The notes: generated by a model from the sequence alone, not told the origin. A DNA stretch of 32,000 nucleotides from Candidatus Iainarchaeum sp. (GCA_030649345.1 JAUSKK010000029.1:5718-37717); one strand, 5' to 3'; numbered from the stretch's first letter, positions 1-9,000 are shown. Program-made: numbers and translations.

Positions 1-617
1 AAAAAAATTCACGTGTATTGGATTGCACGGCTGCACCCGGAAACAAGACTTTGCAATTGGCCTGCAGTATGAACAATACTGGAAAGCTGGCAGTGGTGGA
101 AAAAAATAATGTACGTGCAAAATCTTTAAATTTTAATTTAAAAAAATGGAATGTACATAATGCAAAAGTTTTTGAAATAGATTTCTTAAACGCAAACTTT
201 AAAGAAAAATTTGATTTTGTTTTATTGGACGCGCCCTGTTCAAGTGAAGGCCTTGTGCGAAAACGAAAAGAGGCTTTAAAGGAATGGTCACAGGAGTTGG
301 TCAAACGAAAAAGTAAATTGCAAAAAAAATTAATTGTACAGGCATTTAATCAATTAAAAGAAAATGGAACACTCGTATATTCTGTGTGCTCTTTAAGCCC
401 AGAAGAATGCGAAGAAGTAATACATCATTTATTGGACAAACAAGAGAATGTAAAAATTGAAAAAATAAAAATTAAAGGGATCAAAATTCGAAAAGGGCTG
501 ACTTTCTATAATGGAAAAACGTTTGAACAAGAAATTGAAAATTGTGCCCGCATTTATCCTCAAGACAATGATTCACAGGCTTTTTTTATGACAAAAATAA
601 AAAAGACCGTGGATTGA
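1..617 (+). CDS. NOL1/NOP2/Sun-family RNA (cytosine-C5)-methyltransferase, 5' end cut by window edge
   Basis: The frame is open from nt 3, so the TTG at 18 is not the real start. Contains VLDCTAAPGNKT (SAM motif I), DAPCSSEG (motif IV Cys) and YSVCSLSPEE (motif VI Cys), all typical of RsmB/NSUN enzymes. Stop TGA 615-617. Confidence 0.85.
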   Translation, partial: KNSRVLDCTAAPGNKTLQLACSMNNTGKLAVVEKNNVRAKSLNFNLKKWNVHNAKVFEIDFLNANFKEKFDFVLLDAPCSSEGLVRKRKEALKEWSQELVKRKSKLQKKLIVQAFNQLKENGTLVYSVCSLSPEECEEVIHHLLDKQENVKIEKIKIKGIKIRKGLTFYNGKTFEQEIENCARIYPQDNDSQAFFMTKIKKTVD

Positions 618-691
618 ACATGACAAAAATAAGGAAAGAGTAACTGGAGATACAGTACTCAAATTAAAACAATTTGTTTCATTTCTTTCTT

Positions 692-759
692 GGCAATGAT
701 GATGTAAGTCGCGACCGATCCTTTCATCAGGAAGTGACGATTGAGTCCAAATCTGAGCC
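692..759 (+). ncRNA. C/D box sRNA (2'-O-methylation guide RNA)
   Basis: C box ATGATGA 696-702; 12-nt guide TGTAAGTCGCGA 703-714; D' CCGA 715-718; C' GTGACGA 734-740; 12-nt guide TTGAGTCCAAAT 741-752; D box CTGA 753-756. GGC (692-694) pairs with GCC (757-759) as a terminal stem. The exact 12-nt box spacing is the archaeal hallmark. Confidence 0.6.
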
Positions 760-894
760 TTCTATTTTCGTTGTATCGAGCATAGCGCAATTAAAATCAA
801 CAGATTTTAATGCACATTAAAACCAATGGTTTTAATCGCGAAGATACGACATCGTACCGCCGGCGATCTCCGGCGAATGGGTCCAAATCTGAGC
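745..894 (+). repeat. Hairpin-core mini-insertion, copy A (possible non-autonomous mobile element), with flanking direct repeat
   Basis: GTCCAAATCTGAGC at 745-758 recurs perfectly at 881-894 (19/24 identity if extended 5'). The 122-nt insert contains the palindromic core 788-839 and a GC hairpin CGCCGG-cgatct-CCGGCG (859-876) abutting the right repeat. Confidence 0.6.
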
Positions 895-896
895 AT

Positions 897-1952
897 TTAT
901 ATTAAATCCAAATTTTTACAAATCAAAAAAGGCTTACCAAAGAACACATGTACTTTCTGGGTTCCATGCAAATTACTTTCAATTCGATTTTTCAGTTCAG
1001 CATATTTTTCTTCCGGAATTTTTCCACGCAAAACAATCTTTTGAGCTTGCAATTCTTGAAGTTTTAAAATTAATTCGGCTTCAGTTTGGGTCATGCCTAC
1101 AACTTGGAAACGATTTTTAAAAAACACATTTTTCAATAACTGATTGGATGTCAAAAAATTGGGTTGAAAATAAAAAGTTTCAGGCAATTGTTTCAAGAGT
1201 TCAGAATACAATCCAGCACGGTCAATCCCAGCATGCAGTTCATACAAATAAGTTTGCAAAGATTGAGGTTTTAGAGTGATTGAAATTTTTTCCAAAGAAA
1301 TTAGTTTTTGATTTTCAGGAACCAAAACAAGCGAACATTCTGCTTGTTTAAATTTTCCAAAATATAAAGTCAAACAATTTAATTCATGCTCACGGTTTCC
1401 GCAATTAGATGAAATGTATTCTTTTTCGCAGTCCAACAAAATTTCTTCTGATTTAAATTCGCGGGAAACTTCAATTGCAAAATCAGAAATTTTTTGGGCT
1501 TGAATCCATTCAATCAAATCCAAAGTATTGGGCACAGTTTGATCTAAAGCTTTTACGCGCAAACCATTCACTCTCCGCGAGGGATCAGAAAACACTGCAG
1601 AAACTTTAAGTTTTTGTAAATCCAATTCTTCAAAGTCAGCAGAAATAAATTCAATATTTTTTCGGCCGTACACTTCCGCATTTTGTTCAGCGCATTTCAA
1701 AACTTTTTCATCTACATCTACTGCAATTACTTTTTTGCAAAACTGAGACAAAGCAATACTATCCGAACCAATTCCGCAACCTAAATCAATAATAGTATCC
1801 CCAGCCAAGCGTTGGGCTCGATACAAAGCAATTGCTTCCGGAGTGCTTTGCTGTAAACTCTCTGAGCTTGGAAAAAACATTTCTTTCGCACGCGAAAATT
1901 TTCCTTTGGCTTTATAGCGTAGATTTTTTAATTCAAATTTAGATAATTCCAT
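897..1952 (-). CDS. class I SAM-dependent methyltransferase (probable RNA methyltransferase)
   Basis: IIDLGCGIGSDS SAM motif I, VIAVDVDE motif II, and an SDPSRR motif. Start moved to the ATG at 1952 (MELSKFELK) because the 32 upstream codons of the tracked ORF translate a tRNA gene. Confidence 0.75.
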   Translation of the reverse strand: MELSKFELKNLRYKAKGKFSRAKEMFFPSSESLQQSTPEAIALYRAQRLAGDTIIDLGCGIGSDSIALSQFCKKVIAVDVDEKVLKCAEQNAEVYGRKNIEFISADFEELDLQKLKVSAVFSDPSRRVNGLRVKALDQTVPNTLDLIEWIQAQKISDFAIEVSREFKSEEILLDCEKEYISSNCGNREHELNCLTLYFGKFKQAECSLVLVPENQKLISLEKISITLKPQSLQTYLYELHAGIDRAGLYSELLKQLPETFYFQPNFLTSNQLLKNVFFKNRFQVVGMTQTEAELILKLQELQAQKIVLRGKIPEEKYAELKNRIESNLHGTQKVHVFFGKPFLICKNLDLI

Positions 1953-2003
1953 AAACAAACCAAAAACAGTTTTCAGATGAACCTTTAAAAATTGATAAAA
2001 AAG

Positions 2004-2153
2004 CGCTCTCTGCGGGAATCGGACCCGCGCCGCAACCGAACTACACAAACTTTGTCAACGATTTCTTTCTTTTTCGTCAATGTTTTTCTTTCTTTGGAAG
2101 AAAGAAAAAGGTTGTGTGACAGGGTCGCATCCTAACCACTAGACTAAGAGAGC
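2004..2153 (-). tRNA. tRNA-Asp (anticodon GUC) with a 78-nt intron at the canonical 37/38 position
   Basis: Minus strand reads GCTCTCT-TA-GTCT-AGTGGTTA-GGAT-G-CGACC-CTGTCA / intron / C-GGTTG-CGGC-GCGGG-TCCGATT-CCCGC-AGAGAGC-G. 7-bp acceptor stem; anticodon GTC (plus-strand gac at 2118-2120). Intron 2039-2116 has bulge-helix-bulge-compatible pairing (CUGU with GUAG, 3-nt bulges at both junctions). CCA is not encoded. Confidence 0.85.
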
Positions 2154-2192
2154 ATACTGTCTGTTAGTATACTATAACTTATTTAGGAATCT

Positions 2193-2200
2193 TTTTAAAA
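2193..2200 (+). promoter_or_regulatory. TATA-box-like element upstream of the thioredoxin-fold gene
   Basis: TTTTTAAAA about 26 nt upstream of ATG 2226, which is the geometry of a leaderless archaeal transcript. Confidence 0.3.
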
Positions 2201-2225
2201 CAAATTGACCATAAATTCAAATAAT

Positions 2226-2819
2226 ATGGTTCTAGCCACCAGCAGTTATAAAATACTTCAAAAAGGATCTAAAGCACCTGAATTTAGTTTGCCTGGAACA
2301 GATGGAAAAACTCATTCCTTAACTGAATTCACAGGAAAAAAAGCTTTGCTGATTGTATTCATGTGCAATCATTGCCCGTATGTTGTGCCCAAAGTGTCTT
2401 ATTTGATTGAATTACAAAACAAGTATCAAAACAAAGGATTACAAATTGTTGGAATTTCCGCAACCGATATTCAACAAGTACCCGAAGATTCTTTAGAAGA
2501 AATGAAAGTGTTTGCCAAAGAACAAGGAATAAATTTTGTTTATTTGTACGATGAAACGCAAAGTGTTCCCAAAAAATTTGGCGCAACATGTACACCGGAT
2601 CCTTTTTTGTTTAATGAAAAATTTGAGTTGGTGTATCACGGAAGAATTGATGAAGCACACAAATTAGGACATGAGCAAGCACAAAAAAATGATTTAGAAA
2701 TAAGTATTCAAGAAACTTTGGATGGAAAAAAAGTTTCTGTGCAAACCCATCCTTCTATGGGCTGCAATATTAAATGGAAGCTTGGACAAGAACCAGAGTA
2801 TTGGGATCGCCCAAAATAG
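2226..2819 (+). CDS. thioredoxin-fold thiol-disulfide oxidoreductase (AhpC/TSA-redoxin family)
   Basis: KAPEFSLPGTDGK...LLIVFMCNHCPYV has a CxxC active site in a redoxin context. No signal peptide. The first ATG is at 2226; the tracked start at 2205 is a TTG. Confidence 0.75.
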   Translation: MVLATSSYKILQKGSKAPEFSLPGTDGKTHSLTEFTGKKALLIVFMCNHCPYVVPKVSYLIELQNKYQNKGLQIVGISATDIQQVPEDSLEEMKVFAKEQGINFVYLYDETQSVPKKFGATCTPDPFLFNEKFELVYHGRIDEAHKLGHEQAQKNDLEISIQETLDGKKVSVQTHPSMGCNIKWKLGQEPEYWDRPK

Positions 2820-2828
2820 TTTTCTTTT

Positions 2829-3542
2829 TTAGTTGGATTCATTGGGCGAAGGAATGCTTTTTTTTGCAAAAAATAAAACAATTCCTAAAATGGTTGGAAT
2901 CAATGCCAAAATTATGGAATTGATCAAGAATTTATTTAATAAAATGGATAAAAATTGAGAAAGAGATGCTAAAGATTCAGAATTTGGAAATAAATTATTT
3001 CCAGAAAAAGTTAAAAGAACATAAGCTAAAGCAGAAGAAATGAGCATGGAAATTCCTGCACGCCAAAAAGTTTTCTGCAGTGTTTCAATTTTGTCTTTCA
3101 ATGAACTGGATAATAAAAGTAAAATAAATAAAATAACAATTCCAATAATAGCTAAAAATGGAAGCAACGAATTAAGTAAAACAATCCAAGAACGTGCTTC
3201 CTGCAATGTTTCCGGTTTAGCTACTTGTTCTAAAGAAAGGTTCACCGGAGTATTCGGCAAAGAAAAAGTTGGAATGACATTGGACGAACCTTTAATGTAA
3301 TGAATTAAATCTGAAATGAATTGCTTGAACGATTGTGTGAATTCTTGCTCAGAAACTACACTGGAAAGCTGAGGAACTGAAGCATAAGCTTCTTTGGAAA
3401 CTTGGCTGGAGTCTAAAGCAGAAACTACAAAAACTGGGTCTAAAAAGCTGGTTTGTGCACTATGAATCAAAACAAAGGCAGTGAAGGTCAAAGCAAATAA
3501 AGAAATAATTAAGCCTAAAAAAAAGTTTTTCACAAACGACAT
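2829..3542 (-). CDS. multi-pass membrane protein of unknown function
   Basis: 237-aa ORF with an N-terminal TM helix and several C-terminal hydrophobic helices (e.g. LPFLAIIGIVILFILLLL, ILALIPTILGIVLFF). No recognisable motif. Confidence 0.6.
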   Translation of the reverse strand: MSFVKNFFLGLIISLFALTFTAFVLIHSAQTSFLDPVFVVSALDSSQVSKEAYASVPQLSSVVSEQEFTQSFKQFISDLIHYIKGSSNVIPTFSLPNTPVNLSLEQVAKPETLQEARSWIVLLNSLLPFLAIIGIVILFILLLLSSSLKDKIETLQKTFWRAGISMLISSALAYVLLTFSGNNLFPNSESLASLSQFLSILLNKFLINSIILALIPTILGIVLFFAKKSIPSPNESN

Positions 3543-3757
3543 GAATAGTTTTAGAACGAAAAGAAATAAAAAAAGGACAAACAGTGCACTGAGTTATGCG
3601 AAGAAGGACAAACTAAGCTTGGATTCAAGTCCATAGTTTGAGTTCTGTAATTTGCACACGCAAAACAGTTAGGTTTTTAAATAACAAATAGTTATATTGG
3701 TGGGGTTCTTTTATTACTTTGCCTTTGCCAAGGCATGTAAAGTCGGGGTGAGAGAAA

Positions 3758-4180
3758 ATGAGTTTAGTTAATTTAACATTTGGAAACAGTACTTCCATTA
3801 CCAATTCCAATGGAACAGAACTAATTGAAGTCAGTCATGCAGCCGATGCTGGAACTCCAACCATTACCGGAGAACGCGGAAAAGTAAAAATTGGCCGAGT
3901 TACTGAATTTTTTGGAAGACCTGAAATTTGTATTTTAGGCGAACTCATGGAAGGAGTTATTGCAACCAATATGATGGCTGTTATTAATGATAAACGAGTT
4001 GAAGTTGCTGAATTAGAACACAAGTATGGAACCCGAGCCTTAAACAGACCTGGAACCAAAATTACGCTTATGTTAGTTGGTTTAAAAAAATACGACATCA
4101 AACAAAACGATGTAGTTGAATTTTGGCCAGCAACCCCGAAAGTCAGTAACAAACCCAAAGGAAAACTAATTATTTGCTAA
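3758..4180 (+). CDS. small protein with an EF-Tu domain-II-like beta-barrel, function unknown
   Basis: GKVKIGRVTEFFGRPEICILGELMEGVI ... ALNRPGTKITLMLVGLKKYDIKQNDVVEF resembles the translation-factor domain 2 pattern. GGTGA Shine-Dalgarno lies about 8 nt upstream of the ATG. Confidence 0.5.
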   Translation: MSLVNLTFGNSTSITNSNGTELIEVSHAADAGTPTITGERGKVKIGRVTEFFGRPEICILGELMEGVIATNMMAVINDKRVEVAELEHKYGTRALNRPGTKITLMLVGLKKYDIKQNDVVEFWPATPKVSNKPKGKLIIC

Positions 4181-4230
4181 ACCAGTTTTCCTTTTCTCAC
4201 CCCCTTTCTTTTTTCTATTTTTTAGTTATT
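4157..4230 (+). terminator. stop-codon-spanning hairpin followed by oligo-T tracts
   Basis: AAAGGAAAACT (4157-4167) is the perfect reverse complement of AGTTTTCCTTT (4184-4194). Followed by TTTCTTTTTTCTATTTTTT. Confidence 0.45.
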
Positions 4231-4355
4231 CCGCTCAAATTTATTTTTGAATTAAAGTTAATTTTAGATTTTTTTTATTTTCTAAAAAAAATAATTTCAA
4301 TTTTTAAGTTCAGTGAAAAAAGAAACAAGAGATTTGTTTTTCTAAAGTCAAAAGA

Positions 4356-4365
4356 TTTATAAATA
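4356..4365 (+). promoter_or_regulatory. TATA box (TTTATAAATA) with a purine-rich BRE-like upstream flank
   Basis: Located about 25 nt upstream of ATG 4385, suggesting a leaderless transcript. Confidence 0.35.
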
Positions 4366-4384
4366 ACGATTGTGTTTATTGTTC

Positions 4385-5233
4385 ATGGAATCTAAAGCAA
4401 CACTTTTAATTTTACTAATTATTTTGGGAATCTTATTTGGATGCACGCAAAACAATTCACCAGCCATAATTTCCGATGATCAAAATCCAATAACTGAAAC
4501 AAATCCAGACAATGGAACTTCTTCTGGAGTTTCAACCACTCAAGAAGTACCTGAAGATGTAGCTGAAGGCATTCAAATAATCAATGAAGGACTGGAACGA
4601 TCTCGCCAAGAAGAAAAAGTGGATTCAGCAGTTGCACTAAACATGAAGCAAGTACGTGAAGATTGCACTCAAGCCATTGACTTTACAGATGCAGTAGCTG
4701 AGGCTTGTGGCACTGGATTCAATAAATTAGAAGTAGACTTTGGAAATACGCCAGCAGAATATAGAGTATATGCAGGTGTCGAAACCGAGAAGTTTTTAGG
4801 AAGCCATGCCTGCAGCGATCGTTTCCGAAACGATGATGTATTTAATTCACCATCCGCAGATCCAAATGCAATAAGGTCTTCATCACCCATTGAAATTGGA
4901 ATTGCAAAATTAACTTTACCAGGTCAAACAAAATCAGCTATTGAATACATTACGAATGACCCCAACAAATTCTATTATGGTGAAAACTTAGAAGTCATAC
5001 ACCAATTTAGCATAAGCAATAACTCATCTGCAGTGGTTTTAAAAGAAGAATTCGCCAGCGTTAGAAATAACCCAGGTACTATTCGCACCAATGTATTGGC
5101 AAATAAAGGATCTTACATCGTTCTAATTGCAGGAGAAAAATACGATCACTGCATTCAATCCGATACAGGAGAAAATGACATCAGCAAAATTGAATCCTTA
5201 ACAAAAGCAATACTGGCAAAGTTACCGGAATAA
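4385..5233 (+). CDS. secreted lipoprotein-like protein of unknown function
   Basis: MESKATLLILLIILGILFGC has a signal peptide with a lipobox-like LFGC. The mature part is acidic and hydrophilic. The ATG at 4385 is preferred over the tracked TTG at 4370. Confidence 0.65.
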   Translation: MESKATLLILLIILGILFGCTQNNSPAIISDDQNPITETNPDNGTSSGVSTTQEVPEDVAEGIQIINEGLERSRQEEKVDSAVALNMKQVREDCTQAIDFTDAVAEACGTGFNKLEVDFGNTPAEYRVYAGVETEKFLGSHACSDRFRNDDVFNSPSADPNAIRSSSPIEIGIAKLTLPGQTKSAIEYITNDPNKFYYGENLEVIHQFSISNNSSAVVLKEEFASVRNNPGTIRTNVLANKGSYIVLIAGEKYDHCIQSDTGENDISKIESLTKAILAKLPE

Positions 5234-5311
5234 CGGCTAATTTGCGGTAATAACCGAATTGAAAAAAGTATGATAATAAGTAAAAAGTTTTTCGCTGGCT
5301 TAAAGAAAATT

Positions 5312-5968
5312 TTATTTCTTAAAAATAACTCCGCCTATGTCTTCGGTTAATTCTAAATTTCGAAAACCCGCATTTTTTAATTTTGTTAAAACAGTTTTCT
5401 TTAAATTTTTTCCACGAACAATTCCAGTATTGCCGGTGTAGTGAAAGCCTTGGCCTTTGGATTTGAGAACTCGAAACATTTGGAAATAAAATTTTTCCGA
5501 AAACAATTCGCTTGCAATTTTAATGCTCGGAGGATCGTGAATAATAAAATCAAAAAAATTATCTGGAAATGTTTGGATTTCTTCAAAAATATTTCCTTGC
5601 TTGAATTCAATTTTAGAATTGGAAAACAATTCTTGAGAATGCTGATTTTGTTTTGCTAAAGCAATTACGTTTTCGTCTACTTCAAAAGAATGAATTTTTT
5701 GAACAGCTGGAATTTTAGATAAATGAGTACTGACATACCCTAAACCAGTACAAGTATCTAAAATTTTCCCAAAAGGTTTGCCCAGATAGGCCACCATTTG
5801 TTTTGTGCTTTTTTCCGGATCTGTGTCTTTAATGCAATGCATTCGAATTCCGGAAATTTCCAAATACGGCCAAGTCTGAGTTTCAACCAATTTGTAATAT
5901 TTTTGAGTTTGCTCTGAAAAAAATCCAATCAAACGCTTGGGAGACTTATTATTCTTTTCTTTATTCAT
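5312..5968 (-). CDS. SAM-dependent methyltransferase
   Basis: ILDTCTGLGY (motif I), SFEVDENV (motif II), and IIHDPPS (D-P-P motif IV, typical of N-methyltransferases acting on nucleic acid or protein amino groups). Confidence 0.75.
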   Translation of the reverse strand: MNKEKNNKSPKRLIGFFSEQTQKYYKLVETQTWPYLEISGIRMHCIKDTDPEKSTKQMVAYLGKPFGKILDTCTGLGYVSTHLSKIPAVQKIHSFEVDENVIALAKQNQHSQELFSNSKIEFKQGNIFEEIQTFPDNFFDFIIHDPPSIKIASELFSEKFYFQMFRVLKSKGQGFHYTGNTGIVRGKNLKKTVLTKLKNAGFRNLELTEDIGGVIFKK

Positions 5969-6031
5969 ACAAAAACTATATATAGGAGAAACTCTAAAAA
6001 GTATACGAAAGGATAGCTTGAGAGTGAATTT

Positions 6032-9000
6032 GTGAATAAATTTGAAAAAATTATTTTTATCAGCGTACTTTTAATTCTTTTAACTTTTTCAGTAAATGCT
6101 GGAACTGCAAATTATATTTCAACTATTTCGTGTGTTGGCGGACAAGAATCTCAGTGTTATTCTTCAACAGCAATTGGTTCAACTGATTGTAGTGGAGATG
6201 GTTGTTCAACTGTTTGTAAAGATGGAACTTATAAATATGGTCCAGGAACAGCCGGAGGTTCAGGCTGGATGGATTGTGTAAACAGCAGTGGTCAACCAGT
6301 TGCTGATGGAGCTACTGGATTGTGTGCTTGGGAAAGTATTGGAAGCTGTGCACAAGACGGACAAGTATTCAATACTTCTTCAACAGGATATTGTTCTTCT
6401 GGCTGGGGTTGTGTCTATGATCAAACAGTTACATTAAGCAATACTTGCCAAGATGGGTATACTGCAACCAGTTCATGCACTTACAAAAAAAGAGTTTCAT
6501 CTGCTTATCCAAATCAAACAACGTGTACACCAGCAACGCCCAGTTGTGCAGGTCATGAATGTTCTTCAACTAATTTAAGTTTGTGTACCAGTGAAAGTAC
6601 TTGTGAAACTACAGGATCAGCCAATTGGTGTCAAACAGGATATACATCATACACTTGTCAAACAGCAGCTTGTGCAACTTGTAGTTCAAGTAATTTAAGT
6701 GCATGCTATACCAATAGTGCGTGCACCAATGCAAGCGGATATTGGAATACTACAACCAACACATGCAGTGCTCAAACGCAAAGCAGTTGTACTTCAAGCG
6801 GAAAATATTGGTGTCCAAATGCTACAGGAACCAATGAATGTCAATCTACAACTTGTACTACAAGTACATGCACGGCCAGTACTCCACAGCATTGCAGTAC
6901 AACAACCAATTGCTCAAATGTAGGTGCTGTTTGGTGTGAGTCAACTCATTTATGTTATGCTTCAGGATCACAACCTTCTAATTGCAGTTCTGGAGAATGT
7001 TCAACTACCAGTGTTACCCCTTGTGTCAGCCAAGGAGATTGTACAAGTGTAGGCGGAATATGGTGTTCTGCAACCAATAATTGTAAAACCACTCAAGCTG
7101 AATGCACTCAATCTATTTCTTGTGTTCCAGGAAGTAGTCCAGCTTGTACCACAAGTGCTGAATGTTCAACTGCTTCAGGATATTGGTGTTCTACCTACAA
7201 TCAGTGTTATATTAATTCCAGTGGCTGTCCAAGTGCAGGCAGTTGTGATACTAGCAATCGATATGCTTGCACAAGTTCCAGTACCTGCAATACAGCTGGC
7301 GGAACATGGTGCAGCATAGAAAGCACTTGTTTTAATCCAAATGAAAATTATTGTTGTTCTAATACCAACTTAACTGGTTGTGAAACAGTAGATAGATGTA
7401 CTCAAATTGGCGCAGGATATTGGTGTGCCAGAAATAATACTTGTGTTAGTAGTTCCAGTCAATGTACAAATACTTCAACATGCTCTTCTTCAGATTATTA
7501 TCAATGCAATGATTCAACAGGATGTTCTAGTATTGGTGGAACTTGGTGTCCAACTACGGCAACCACAGTAGCGTATTGTAGTTCTCCTGGTCAATCCTGT
7601 ACTACAATTGGAATGTGTGGAAATAGTTCATGCAATGTAGGAGAAACAGCAGGTACTTGCCCAAACGATTGCAATGAAAATACATCAAATTATTGTTCTG
7701 TTAATAATCCAGGTGGATGCAAAGAACCAGGTACTTGTACAAGCATAGGTGGAACCTGGTGTCCTCAAACCAACACAGCTCCTGCAGGATGCGCCCCTCC
7801 TGGAATAACGTGTCAGCAAGGCCAGACTTTTTGCGGAAATTATGTTTGTGAAACTGGAGAAACTCAGTATTCTTGTTCTACAGATTGTGGAAACCCTAAA
7901 GAACTTGTTTGCCCGCCAAAAGACAAAATAGAATATGAAAAAAAGTCCTGTACAGCCAATAAAGGAATTGGAAAAATTTACATGGCACCGGATGGATGCG
8001 AATATTTTTCATGTGATTATTCTACGCGAACCACTTGTCCAACTGGCGATGATGAACGAAAAGCAATTGATTCTTGTAAAAACGATGGACAAGATTGGGT
8101 TTTCAATTATTATGGAAATTGTAAATTTGTAGAATGTTTACATAAAACAGTTTGTGCCAGCAAAGAAGATTTGAAAGCCACTCAAAAGAAATGTGAGAGT
8201 TTAGGTTTAGGATATTATTATTCAAGTGATTATCAAGGCTGCCCCAATATTCAATGTAAGCAGCAAGATTTCAAAGTTGTTCCTCCAACACCTGCTCAAT
8301 GCAGAACAGAATACGATGCCTATTCAGGATATAGATATGTATGTGATACAACTCAAAATACTTGCCCTAGTTTAGATAGTCAAGCAGACTCTAAACGGAA
8401 ATGTTATGATAGCGGCGGAAGACCTGATATTGTAAAAGGGCCCTCTGGTTGTGAATATTATACGTGTAACTTTGGAGAAGACAATTCGTATTTCTTTGAT
8501 TATCAAGGATGTCCTTCAGGAGAAGAATTACAAAAAACAGTGAATCAATGCAATGAAGAAGGAAAAGAAGTATTTACAGAAATTGGATTAAATGGTTGTA
8601 AGAATGCAAAATGTGTAGAGCCAGGAACAGTTGAACAAAAAACAGAAGATGCTTGTATAGGATTACCCATTGAAAAATATAAAGAACAAAAAAGCGCTTG
8701 TGAAAATCAAGACGGAATATTTGTAGAAAAATGCAGTGCCTATGAATGTATTTCTAAAAGCGATATTGGAAAATGTGAAAGCATTGAACCTGAAAAAGCA
8801 GTGTATGAAAAATGCGCAGCTAAAGGCGGAGAATTAATTGTTCGAAGAGATGACAATAAATGTCCTGTATTTATTGAATGTGTTGGGCGAAATGAAGTAG
8901 CTGAATTTGAAGATACAGAAGTCACTGACACGATTGGAGCAGCTCAAGCTTTAGAAATTGTATTTAATTTAGAAAAACTAAATTTAATTTTAGATAAATT

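Noticed and set aside
1953-2048. N-terminal 32 codons of tracked ORF 897..2048 (MCSSVAARVRFPQRALFYQFLKVHLKTVFGLF)
   Set aside because: This stretch is the translation of the tRNA-Asp 3' half and its flank. The methyltransferase most plausibly starts at the ATG at 1952.
3636-3652. T-arm-like TGGA-TTCAAG-TCCA suggesting a tRNA
   Set aside because: No acceptor stem, D arm or anticodon arm can be built on either strand around it.
4174-4362. 62-aa Phe/Leu/Ile-rich ORF
   Set aside because: It is a translation of the oligo-T terminator and AT-rich promoter spacer between two genes. It overlaps the upstream stop codon and has no start signal.
5222-5257. Possible further gene-end duplication after the lipoprotein gene (TTACCGGAATAACGGC versus TTGCGGTAATAACCGA)
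   Set aside because: Identity is only 11/16 with scattered mismatches. This is too weak to separate from chance.
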